From positions 105,561 through 169,560 of the forward strand of contig CADAXQ010000001.1 of NCBI GenBank assembly GCA_902791935.1: a DNA stretch of 64,000 nucleotides, written 5' to 3'. This document shows, piece by piece, positions 56,532 to 64,000 of the stretch; the first letter of the stretch is position 1, and each line of letters starts with the position of its first letter. The notes beneath the pieces are model-generated. The model was not told the origin of the DNA. It saw nothing but the letters and a program-made list of their open reading frames with translations, and did not search any database. The stretch is from an uncultured Erysipelotrichaceae bacterium (GTDB lineage: Bacteria > Bacillota_I > Bacilli_A > RFN20 > CAG-826). A program made the position numbers and the translations under genes.

Positions 56532-57497
56532 ATGAAACGAATCGGTATCTTAACATCTGGTGGTGATGCGCCTGGCATGAACGCGGCCATTCGCGCCGTA
56601 GTCCGTGCCGGCTTGTCCTACGGACTAGAAGTCTACGGTATCTATAATGGGTACCGCGGTTTAATCGAAGAAGACTTTGTGGCGATGAATCGTCACTCTG
56701 TTTCGGATATCGTGGCCCGGGGTGGCACGATTTTAAGAACGGCGCGATTGCCAGAATTCAAGGAACTATCCGTGCAACAAAAAGCCATTGCGAATTTAAA
56801 GAAACACGGCATCGAAGCTTTGGTCGTCATCGGAGGCGATGGCACGTATCGTGGCGCCTTAGATTTAACGAATCAAGGCGTGAACTGCATTGCGTTACCT
56901 GGCACCATCGATAACGACGTGGCCTCGACTGATTTCACGATCGGCTTCGATACGGCACTCAATACAATCATCGATGCCGTCGATAAAATCAGAGATACGA
57001 CCGAATCGCATTCGCGTTGCTCCATCGTGGAAGTCATGGGGAACCACTGCGGCGATTTGGCGTTATATGCCGGCATCGCTTCGGGCGCGGAAATCATTAT
57101 CACGCCCGAAATTCATCCAGATGATCAAGAAGTCATCGATTATTTAAAGAAATTACGGGCACAAGATGCAGATCGTCGCGCCATCATGGTGGTTTCGGAG
57201 AAGCTTTATCCGAGCATTCATGATTTCGCGAAGAAAATCGAAGAGAATACGGGTTTTGTGACCCGAGCAACCGTCCTTGGCTACATCCAACGTGGCGGTG
57301 CGCCAAGCGCGAACGACCGAATCTTAGGTGGCCGAATGGGTGCATATGCCGTCGATTTGCTGATGGAAGGCAAAGGTGGCGAAGCCGTAGGAATCCGTGG
57401 CACTACCCTAGTCGCTACCCCAATTCCTGAAGCACTCAAAATGAAGAAAGTTTGGGATGAATCCATCCGTAACGTGGTGCATCAAATCAATAACTAA
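56532..57497 (+). CDS. pfkA: ATP-dependent 6-phosphofructokinase
   Basis: 321 aa with MKRIGILTSGGDAPGMNAAIR, GGDGT(Y)RGA, PGTIDND and the GYIQRGG motif. Confidence 0.96.
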   Translation: MKRIGILTSGGDAPGMNAAIRAVVRAGLSYGLEVYGIYNGYRGLIEEDFVAMNRHSVSDIVARGGTILRTARLPEFKELSVQQKAIANLKKHGIEALVVIGGDGTYRGALDLTNQGVNCIALPGTIDNDVASTDFTIGFDTALNTIIDAVDKIRDTTESHSRCSIVEVMGNHCGDLALYAGIASGAEIIITPEIHPDDQEVIDYLKKLRAQDADRRAIMVVSEKLYPSIHDFAKKIEENTGFVTRATVLGYIQRGGAPSANDRILGGRMGAYAVDLLMEGKGGEAVGIRGTTLVATPIPEALKMKKVWDESIRNVVHQINN

Positions 57498-57516
57498 TTC
57501 GAAGGGGGATATATTT

Positions 57517-58974
57517 ATGCCGATTTTTAAGAAGACGAAGATTGTTTGTACGATTGGACCTGCCTCGGACAGCGAGGAAATGATGTATAAGCTCTATCAA
57601 GCAGGTATGGATGTCATCCGGGTGAATTTCTCACACGGCACCCATGAAGAACAATTGCGGAAAGTCGAAATCGCTCGTTCGTTTGAAAAGAAATACGGGA
57701 TTTATATTCCGGTTGCGTTGGATACGAAAGGACCAGAAATCCGCACGGGCATGATGGAAGGTGGCAAAGTCGTGGTCAAAAAAGGCCAAATCCTTCGCAT
57801 CACGACGGAACAAGTCTTAGGAAATGCCGAACGGTTCACCTGCAGCTATAGCGGCATTTATGACGATGTGGCCGTCGGGCATACGATTTTGGTCGATGAC
57901 GGGAACTTATTACTCAAAGTCATCGATAAAGACCCCGTCAAACGGGAACTCGTCGTGGAAGCGCAGAATGACCACTTCATCAAAGATCAAAAAGGCATGA
58001 ATATTCCCGAAGATGAACTTTCGATGCCGTTTATCTCTGAACAAGATGAAAAAGACTTGGCATTCGGTTGCGAACACGACATGGACGCCATCTTTGCTTC
58101 GTTTGTCCGTCGTCCCGAAGACATCCGTGACTTAAAGGCCGTATTAGCCAAATATGGCAAGCCGAATATTCCGGTGTTTGCCAAGATCGAAAACCCAGAA
58201 GGTGTGAGAAAAATCGAAGGCATTGTGGCAGCCGCGGATGGCATCATGGTGGCCCGTGGCGATTTGGGCGATGAAATTCCGCCAGAGCAAGTTCCTCTGG
58301 TGCAACGGCGCATCATCCATCTTTGCCGCCGTTATGGAAAACCCGTCATCACCGCTACCCAGATGTTAGACTCCATGACAACCCATCCAAGACCAACGCG
58401 TGCCGAAGTGAGTGACGTCGCCACTGCCGTCGATGAATCAAGCGACTGTGTCATGCTTTCTGGCGAATCCGCATCGGGCTTATATCCGGTCGAATCTGTC
58501 CAAATGCAAGCGAAGATCGCCCACGCGATGGAAAGCGAACTTCCTTACGAACAAATGGCCAAAGAAGCCTATGACGTCTCCGATCACACGAATAACGATG
58601 CCATTGCAAACTCTATCGCAAACACGGCCTTATTGATTCACGCAGAATTGATTTTTAACTTCACACAGACTGGTCGTTCGACGAAACGTATCTCAAAAGC
58701 CCGTCCATGCTGCCCGATTATCTCAATTACCAACGACCGTAAAGTCGCGTTGGAAAGCGGCTGGGAATGGGGTGTCTATGCCCATTTGATTAAGACGCAA
58801 ATGCCAGACTTCATCGAAGAGATGGAAGCGATCGCCTTAAAGATTGCCCGTGACCTTAACGTCAAACCAGGAAGTCCGATTATTATTGCGGGCGGCACCC
58901 CAACGGGCGCTGGTAAGACGAATTTCATGCGCATTGTGAACGTTCCGGAAATCTCAGATTTCGGGGATCGTTAA
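57517..58974 (+). CDS. pyk: Pyruvate kinase
   Basis: 485 aa from MPIFKKTKIVCTIGPAS, with MVARGDLG and a TQMLDSM-type motif. AAGGGGGA lies upstream. The track ORF is trimmed by 20 codons. Confidence 0.95.
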   Translation: MPIFKKTKIVCTIGPASDSEEMMYKLYQAGMDVIRVNFSHGTHEEQLRKVEIARSFEKKYGIYIPVALDTKGPEIRTGMMEGGKVVVKKGQILRITTEQVLGNAERFTCSYSGIYDDVAVGHTILVDDGNLLLKVIDKDPVKRELVVEAQNDHFIKDQKGMNIPEDELSMPFISEQDEKDLAFGCEHDMDAIFASFVRRPEDIRDLKAVLAKYGKPNIPVFAKIENPEGVRKIEGIVAAADGIMVARGDLGDEIPPEQVPLVQRRIIHLCRRYGKPVITATQMLDSMTTHPRPTRAEVSDVATAVDESSDCVMLSGESASGLYPVESVQMQAKIAHAMESELPYEQMAKEAYDVSDHTNNDAIANSIANTALLIHAELIFNFTQTGRSTKRISKARPCCPIISITNDRKVALESGWEWGVYAHLIKTQMPDFIEEMEAIALKIARDLNVKPGSPIIIAGGTPTGAGKTNFMRIVNVPEISDFGDR

Positions 58975-58987
58975 TCTTCTTCCTTAC

Positions 58988-59022
58988 GAGCTTGGTGACT
59001 TCATCAAGCTCTTTTCTTTTTT
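58988..59022 (+). terminator. Rho-independent terminator after pyk
   Basis: GAGCTTG-loop-CAAGCTC followed by TTTTCTTTTTT. Confidence 0.7.
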
Positions 59023-59025
59023 CGC

Positions 59026-59053
59026 TTGACTTCCTTAGCACGCCTCCTACAAT
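59026..59053 (+). promoter_or_regulatory. Sigma-A type promoter for the thrS leader
   Basis: TTGACT - 16 nt - TACAAT. Confidence 0.6.
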
Positions 59054-59054
59054 G

Positions 59055-59242
59055 ATTACGGCGTTGACGGAGACAAGCTGAAGCACCGATAGATGCAAGC
59101 AGTACCACTCCTGAGCTCCGGACGATGAGCCCGGCGAACCCTAGCCCCGTTACGGCAGGAGAGTGCGTCTAAATGGTATTTTTAGGCGAAACAAGGTGGT
59201 ACCACGCGGCAGCGTCCTTCGATTTGAGGGGACGCTTTTTTC
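59055..59242 (+). promoter_or_regulatory. T-box leader (Thr)
   Basis: T-box sequence AAGGTGGTACCACGCGG (59193-59209) is followed by AGCGTCC...GGACGCT and TTTTTT. An ACC triplet sits at 59138-59140 (GCGAACCCT) in the expected specifier region. Confidence 0.82.
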
Positions 59243-59263
59243 GTCCCAGAAAGAGGAAAAGAC

Positions 59264-61165
59264 ATGAAAGTCATCTATGAAGGGAAGGAAGTCGAACTTC
59301 CCGAAGGGGCGGATGGATTTGCCGCCGCAAAAGCGCTCGATCCAGAGCAAAAGAACAAAGACGTCGGGTTAAAAATCGGCGATGTGATTTATGATATGCG
59401 AAGCCCGCTTCATGAAGGCGATGTGGTTTCGTTTGTCCGCGTCGGCTCTCCCGAAGCGTTTGAAATGTTAAATCACTCCACTTCTCACTTGATGGCCCAG
59501 GCGCTCCGTCACTTGTATCCCGGTTGCCGTTTTGGCTTTGGACCTGCCATTGAAGAAGGGTTCTATTACGATGTGGACTTTGGAGGCAAAGTCATCACGG
59601 AATCGGATTTCCCCGCCATTGAAGCCGAAATGAAGAAATGCGCGAAAGAGAATAATCCTTTCATTCGCAAAGACGTCGACGCCGCGGAAGCCAAAGAAAT
59701 CTTCAAAGACAATCCGTATAAAGAAGAACTCATTGCTGAACACGAAAACGAGAAGCTTTCGTTATATACCAATGGTGATTTCGTCGATTTCTGCCGTGGC
59801 CCGCATATTCCTAGCACCGGCATGATCAAACACTTCAAGTTATTAAGCGTCGCTGGCGCCTATTGGCGTGGCAACTCTGATAACAAGCAATTGACCCGTA
59901 TCTACGGCACTTCTTGGTGGAGCGAAGAAGACTTAAAGAACCACCTCGAAGTTTTGGAACGCCGCAAAGCGAATGACCATCGTCGTTTAGGCCGTGAACT
60001 TGGGCTGTTCTTCATCTCCGATTATGGCCCTGGCTTCCCATTCTTCTTACCGAATGGCATGATCGTCATGAATTCGTTGCTCGAATATTGGCGCGAAGTC
60101 CATCGTCGTTATGGCTATCTCGAAATCCAGACCCCAACGATGCTTTCCCGGAAGCTTTGGGAAATCTCTGGTCACTGGGATCACTATAAAGAGAACATGT
60201 ATACGACGAAGATTGACGGCAATGACTTTGCCATCAAGCCGATGAACTGCCCTGGTGCCATCTTAGCCTATCAATCCTCGATCCGTTCGTACAAAGATCT
60301 GCCTTTACGTTTCGCGGAATTAGGACACGTCCATCGTCACGAAGCCTCGGGTGCCTTAAACGGCTTGTTCCGGGTTCGCGCCTTCACGCAAGATGATGCG
60401 CATATCTTGCTCCGTCCCGACCAAATCGAAGACGAAGTCAAGAACATCATGAAACTCTTTGACGAAGTTTATGCTGTCTTTGGCTTGTCCTATAAGATTG
60501 TGCTTTCGACGCGTCCGGATTCTTATATCGGTTCCGTTGAATTCTGGGACAAGAGTGAAGCGGCCTTAGCGCAAGCGTGCAAAGATTCGGGCCACGAATA
60601 TTCGATTAACCCTGGTGACGGCGCCTTCTATGGGCCGAAACTTGACTTCAAACTCAAGGATTCGATGGGCCGTACTTGGCAATGTGGCACGATTCAGCTC
60701 GATGTCAACTTGCCACATCGTTTCGGCTGCACCTATGTCGACAAAGATGGAAGCAAGAAGGAACCAGTCATGTTACACCGTGTTGTTTTCGGTTCCATCG
60801 AACGTTTCTTAGGCATCATCATCGAAAACTATGGCGGTGCCTTCCCGACTTGGTTAGCACCAGTCCAAGTGAACGTGCTGCCCGTCAATGCCGCAGCGCA
60901 TGGCGACTACGCGAAAGAGATTTATGATCGTCTCTTTGCCGAGAATGTCCGGGTCAAAGTCGATGATTCCGATGAAAAACTCGGTTATCGTCTCCGGAAC
61001 TCCCAAGTGAACAAGGTTCCGTTTACCTTGGTCGTTGGGGACAAAGAAAAAGAGAACCGTCAAGTCACGTATCGAATCTACGGTTCGGAAAAGCAGATTA
61101 CGGTCTCCTTGGATGAGTTTGATCAGATCATCCACCACTCCATCGATTCGAAAGCCCGTTATTGA
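59264..61165 (+). CDS. thrS: Threonine--tRNA ligase
   Basis: 633 aa with TGS, editing-domain HxxxH (HSTSH) and class II core (FRVRAFTQDDAH, GAFYGPK). Confidence 0.97.
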   Translation: MKVIYEGKEVELPEGADGFAAAKALDPEQKNKDVGLKIGDVIYDMRSPLHEGDVVSFVRVGSPEAFEMLNHSTSHLMAQALRHLYPGCRFGFGPAIEEGFYYDVDFGGKVITESDFPAIEAEMKKCAKENNPFIRKDVDAAEAKEIFKDNPYKEELIAEHENEKLSLYTNGDFVDFCRGPHIPSTGMIKHFKLLSVAGAYWRGNSDNKQLTRIYGTSWWSEEDLKNHLEVLERRKANDHRRLGRELGLFFISDYGPGFPFFLPNGMIVMNSLLEYWREVHRRYGYLEIQTPTMLSRKLWEISGHWDHYKENMYTTKIDGNDFAIKPMNCPGAILAYQSSIRSYKDLPLRFAELGHVHRHEASGALNGLFRVRAFTQDDAHILLRPDQIEDEVKNIMKLFDEVYAVFGLSYKIVLSTRPDSYIGSVEFWDKSEAALAQACKDSGHEYSINPGDGAFYGPKLDFKLKDSMGRTWQCGTIQLDVNLPHRFGCTYVDKDGSKKEPVMLHRVVFGSIERFLGIIIENYGGAFPTWLAPVQVNVLPVNAAAHGDYAKEIYDRLFAENVRVKVDDSDEKLGYRLRNSQVNKVPFTLVVGDKEKENRQVTYRIYGSEKQITVSLDEFDQIIHHSIDSKARY

Positions 61166-61181
61166 TTCGAGAATCAAGAAA

Positions 61182-61211
61182 AGTCCGTCTCTTCGTGAGG
61201 CGGACTTTTTT
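61182..61211 (+). terminator. Rho-independent terminator after thrS
   Basis: AGTCCGTCTC-loop-GAGGCGGACT followed by TTTTTT. Confidence 0.7.
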
Positions 61212-61237
61212 CATTTCCAGTACCTATTATGAATAGG

Positions 61238-61705
61238 TTATATCGCGTGCGCAGCTTCTAAGGCTTGAAGCTTTGCCTTGAGTTCAACGGGTCCAGAATA
61301 AACTACCGTTTCACCATTTTCTCCGACGACACGGTGATCCGGGATAAAAATCGGGATGGGATTATGAGCCAAGGCATTCGCGACGGCTTTTGCCCCATTC
61401 GGTTCTCCGATTTCATTCGCGATTTCTTCATAGGTCTTCGTATGACCATAGGGGATTAAACGAACGCAGTCATAGACTTTCTTTTCAAAGTCCGTACCTT
61501 CGTAGGCTAAAGGAATCGTGAAACGACGAAGCTGGCCAAAGAAATATTGATTCAATTGGACGATGGCGTCGTAAAGCACCGTGTCTTCTTCATTCACGGC
61601 TCCCACGGGATCCACTGGTCCAAAGACCATGCCCGTCAAAGCATTCTCGTTAGAAAGCAAGGTCACATCATTAATGAGCGTATCGTAAACCGCGTAATGT
61701 ATCAT
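61238..61705 (-). CDS. Ogt/MGMT-family protein with the acceptor Cys replaced by Asp (alkyltransferase-like?)
   Basis: 155 aa from MIHYAVYD. It has the DNA-binding HTH region TYEEIANEIGEPNGAKAVANALAHNPIPIFIP followed by DHRVV. The codon GAT is read on the minus strand as CCG GAT CAC CGT. GAGAGGA SD lies upstream of ATG 61705. Confidence 0.8.
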   Translation of the reverse strand: MIHYAVYDTLINDVTLLSNENALTGMVFGPVDPVGAVNEEDTVLYDAIVQLNQYFFGQLRRFTIPLAYEGTDFEKKVYDCVRLIPYGHTKTYEEIANEIGEPNGAKAVANALAHNPIPIFIPDHRVVGENGETVVYSGPVELKAKLQALEAAHAI

Positions 61706-61883
61706 GATTTTCCTCTCTATAATTATTAGGATTTCTCGCAAAAAAAGCAAATTTCTCAACTGTTTTCATCGTTGTGTTGAAAGTTTTTAATTCTATTAAT
61801 TATTTATCATTCATCGAAATAATTTGTTACCTTTTTATATTGCAATTGGTCCCGCAAATTATTTTTTTTGATTTCCTTTTTCT

Positions 61884-61897
61884 CGAAAGCGCTTACA
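61884..61897. promoter_or_regulatory. cre-like element overlapping a TACAAT -10 box upstream of the GPH transporter
   Basis: CGAAAGCGCTTACA matches 13 of 14 positions of TGAAAGCGCTTACA-type cre sites. TACAAT lies at 61894-61899. Confidence 0.4.
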
Positions 61898-61930
61898 ATA
61901 CATACTTAGATTTTTTAGGAGTTTGTTCAT

Positions 61931-63430
61931 ATGGAATCCGTTTCCGAAAAACCCGCCCACGAGAAGAAAGTCAAAACATCGGCGGCGGTTTGGCTTGGTT
62001 TAGCCAACTCAATGACGGGGGTCTTAGCGGCATTTGCCGAAGGCACTGCCGTGACGTATTTTTATCAAAACGTCATGGGATTAGACAACAACTTTATCGG
62101 GGTTGCCTGGATTTTGTTTGGCATTTGGAACGCCATCAATGACCCGATATATGGCTATATTGCAGACCGTGGAAAACACCACTTAGGAAGACGGATCCCC
62201 TGGATTCGTTATGGGGCACCTGTGATGGCCCTCTTCTTCATCTTAAGTTGGATTCCTTTCCCTGCTATGGCAGGGAACAACTGGTTCTTGTTCTTCCAGA
62301 TGATCTTGATGTTGTTCCTGTTTGATACGGTGTATACGGCCGTGGCTTCTGCTATTTACGTCATGCCTTACGAAATGGCGGTCACTTCGAAAGCCCGTTC
62401 TCCGATTTTCTTATGGAATATTGCCTTCTCCGTCTTCTCTTATGGAGTTCCGATGGTCGTGAATGGCCAATTAAAGACGTTATTCGCGAATATGTCCGTC
62501 TTCCCTTGGATTATGGCTGGGGTTGGTGCGGTATGTGGCATCATTATCTTCGTTTCAACGTTCTTCTATCATGAGAATGGTTACGTGAAAGATGAGGCGC
62601 AGCCGAAGTTCTGGGACAGCATTAAAGAATGCTTCAAAAACTCTTCGTTCTTGTTATTCGAAGTCATTTCCTGGATGGTCATTTATGCGATGGCCGTCTT
62701 GATGGATGGCTTAACCCCCGCTTTTGAAATGTGGTCCAACGCGGCCGAATACGGATGGGTTGGTGCGAATTCTCAACTTTACGCCTATTTGGCGTTAGGC
62801 ACAGGATTAATCTTGTCCTTAATCGCCTTCGTCTTCTTAAAAGATAAGATTGGGGCCCGTAATTGCACGTTGATCATGACTGGTTTAATGGGCGCAGGTT
62901 GCTTCTTAGGTGCCTTTGCTGGCAAATACTTCATTGCTTTGTTAATTGCGTTCTTCTTGATTGGCGTCGGTCTTTCGGGTGGCTTGTATTTAATCCCGAT
63001 GATCAACGGTGACGTCATTGACCAAGATGAATGGAAGAATGGCGCCAGACGGGAAGGCATGTATGCCGGCACGAACTCATTAATCACGAAACCGGCTTCT
63101 GCCATCGCGAATGCCGTCTTCGTCTGGATGTTCGGTTTCTATGGCTATGATCAAAACATCACAACCACGGATGCGAACGGAAATACCGTCGTGGATTATG
63201 CCGCTCAACCGCAAAGTGCCAAAGACGGTGTGTTTATGAGCTGGATGTTAATCGTGGCAATTCTTTGTGTCTTAAGCTTCATCGCGATGATTTTCTACCC
63301 ACTACACGGCAAAGAATGGGATGAACGAAAGAACATCTTAGCCAAGCGCCATGCCGACAAAGAAGCGGCTTATGAGCAACAAATTTTAGCGAAAGAAGCC
63401 ACTTCTTCCGCTTCTACCCCTGAGAAATAA
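61931..63430 (+). CDS. GPH-family (MelB-like) glycoside/pentoside/hexuronide:cation symporter
   Basis: 499 aa with about 12 TM segments, the GPH signature region NAINDPIYGYIADR...GRRIPW, and AGGAG upstream. Confidence 0.85.
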   Translation: MESVSEKPAHEKKVKTSAAVWLGLANSMTGVLAAFAEGTAVTYFYQNVMGLDNNFIGVAWILFGIWNAINDPIYGYIADRGKHHLGRRIPWIRYGAPVMALFFILSWIPFPAMAGNNWFLFFQMILMLFLFDTVYTAVASAIYVMPYEMAVTSKARSPIFLWNIAFSVFSYGVPMVVNGQLKTLFANMSVFPWIMAGVGAVCGIIIFVSTFFYHENGYVKDEAQPKFWDSIKECFKNSSFLLFEVISWMVIYAMAVLMDGLTPAFEMWSNAAEYGWVGANSQLYAYLALGTGLILSLIAFVFLKDKIGARNCTLIMTGLMGAGCFLGAFAGKYFIALLIAFFLIGVGLSGGLYLIPMINGDVIDQDEWKNGARREGMYAGTNSLITKPASAIANAVFVWMFGFYGYDQNITTTDANGNTVVDYAAQPQSAKDGVFMSWMLIVAILCVLSFIAMIFYPLHGKEWDERKNILAKRHADKEAAYEQQILAKEATSSASTPEK

Positions 63431-63439
63431 CTTTCCCTC

Positions 63440-63467
63440 TTGCATCGGAACGAAAAACGCGGATAAT
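63440..63467 (+). promoter_or_regulatory. Candidate promoter of the infC operon leader
   Basis: TTGCAT - 16 nt - GATAAT. Confidence 0.5.
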
Positions 63468-63570
63468 ATACCCCGTTAATAAAGTAGAAAGCAGTTCTTC
63501 CACGAACTCGCCGGACTTCCCTTAGGAAATCGGCCTACGCTACTCCGAAGTGTGAACCATTGGAAAGCGT

Positions 63571-63598
63571 GCGTGGCAGAAATGCCACGCTATTTTAT
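63571..63598 (+). terminator. Leader hairpin/attenuator upstream of infC (possible L20-leader type)
   Basis: A perfect 8-bp stem GCGTGGCA-GAAA-TGCCACGC is followed by TATTTTATT. It ends 3 nt before the infC GGAGGAGG. Confidence 0.55.
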
Positions 63599-63616
63599 TC
63601 GGAGGAGGAATTTCTT

Positions 63617-64000
63617 ATACCATACTTCAACAATAGCAATCGTAGAGCCCCGGAACGGAGAAACGATCCCATCAACGAGAACGTCCGTTATCCGGAAGTG
63701 CGCGTCATCGGCCCCGAAGGGGAACAATTGGGCATCATGAGCTCACGCCAAGCCAATAGCTTAGCCATGAGCTACAATCTTGACCTCTATTGCGTCGCCC
63801 CTACCGCCAACCCGCCGGTTTGCCGGATTTGCAACTACGGAAAAGTCCGTTTTGAAAAGCAGAAGCAAGACAAGCTTCGCCGGAAAAACCAAAAGACCCA
63901 AGAGTTGAAACAAATCCAGTTAACCCCGCAAATTGGTCAACACGATTTAGAAACAAAGGCCCACAAAGCCAGAGAATGCCTTGAAGAAGGCGATCGTGTG
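63617..64000 (+). CDS. infC: Translation initiation factor IF-3 (5' part; runs off the window), non-AUG start
   Basis: The in-frame translation ...ERRNDPINENVRYPEVRVIGPEGEQLGIMSSRQANSLAMSYNLDLYCVAP...RFEKQKQ... is IF-3. The only start-like codon at proper distance (8 nt) from GGAGGAGG is ATA at 63617. The track missed this ORF because it has no ATG. Confidence 0.88.
   Translation, partial: MPYFNNSNRRAPERRNDPINENVRYPEVRVIGPEGEQLGIMSSRQANSLAMSYNLDLYCVAPTANPPVCRICNYGKVRFEKQKQDKLRRKNQKTQELKQIQLTPQIGQHDLETKAHKARECLEEGDRV

Noticed and set aside
1-64000. Search for CRISPR arrays, rRNA genes, transposases/integrases, prophage blocks, retron/DGR reverse transcriptases
   Set aside because: I saw no regularly spaced direct-repeat array, no rRNA-like conserved stretches, and no ORF with recombinase, transposase or RT motifs. 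The only stable RNA gene found is tRNA-Arg at 5063-5139.
1-64000. Mollicutes genetic code 4 (TGA = Trp), given the Mollicutes-like dcw cluster
   Set aside because: Long housekeeping ORFs are intact under the standard code. ileS (11888-11890) and ackA (38447-38449) terminate at TGA at the expected protein ends, and conserved Trp positions are TGG.

Overview
This window is chromosomal and mostly housekeeping. Gene content and order look like a Bacilli or Mollicutes-like (Bacillota) genome using the standard code: ileS and ackA end in TGA, and Trp is TGG.

Core genes, in order:
- uvrC, mutS2, rnhC, rluD, lspA, ileS (T-box).
- A stripped-down division cluster: mraZ-rsmH-small membrane ORF-ftsA-ftsZ, with no mur/pbp/ftsW genes.
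- A yceD-like gene, pheST (T-box), a TrmH-family methyltransferase and an M48/DUF45 peptidase.
- A glycogen/maltodextrin block: orphan MsmK-like ABC ATPase, PucR-like regulator, GH13 alpha-glucosidase, dimeric dUTPase, glgP, glgB.
- ackA, an nrnA-like gene, xth, dnaE, polA, a fused mutM-coaE ORF, dnaI, a dnaB-like gene, pfkA, pyk, thrS (T-box), an Ogt-like protein, two GPH-type sugar transporters and the start of infC.
- One tRNA-Arg(UCU).

I saw no rRNA, CRISPR array, transposase or integrase.

Accessory or odd material sits in three places:
- 1.4-5.0 kb: two secreted proteins, a DUF4143 AAA ATPase and a repeat-rich AT-rich spacer.
- 27.4-28.1 kb: a 680-bp gap between convergent genes. It holds a duplicated module with 17-18 aa hydrophobic mini-ORFs, a possible type I toxin-like locus.
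- 39.5-46.2 kb: a PadR operon, a 485-aa zinc-ribbon protein, a CBS-pair protein with an N-terminal Rx4H (HEPN-like) motif, an AbiEi/AbiEii module and a decayed LRR gene.

Other points worth checking:
- An Ogt homolog reads PDHRV instead of PCHRV.
- Several genes carry lysine-rich repeat tails.
- -10 hexamers recur 7-10 nt upstream of ATG, suggesting leaderless mRNAs.

All functional calls come from reading the translations and motifs by eye. No database search was run.
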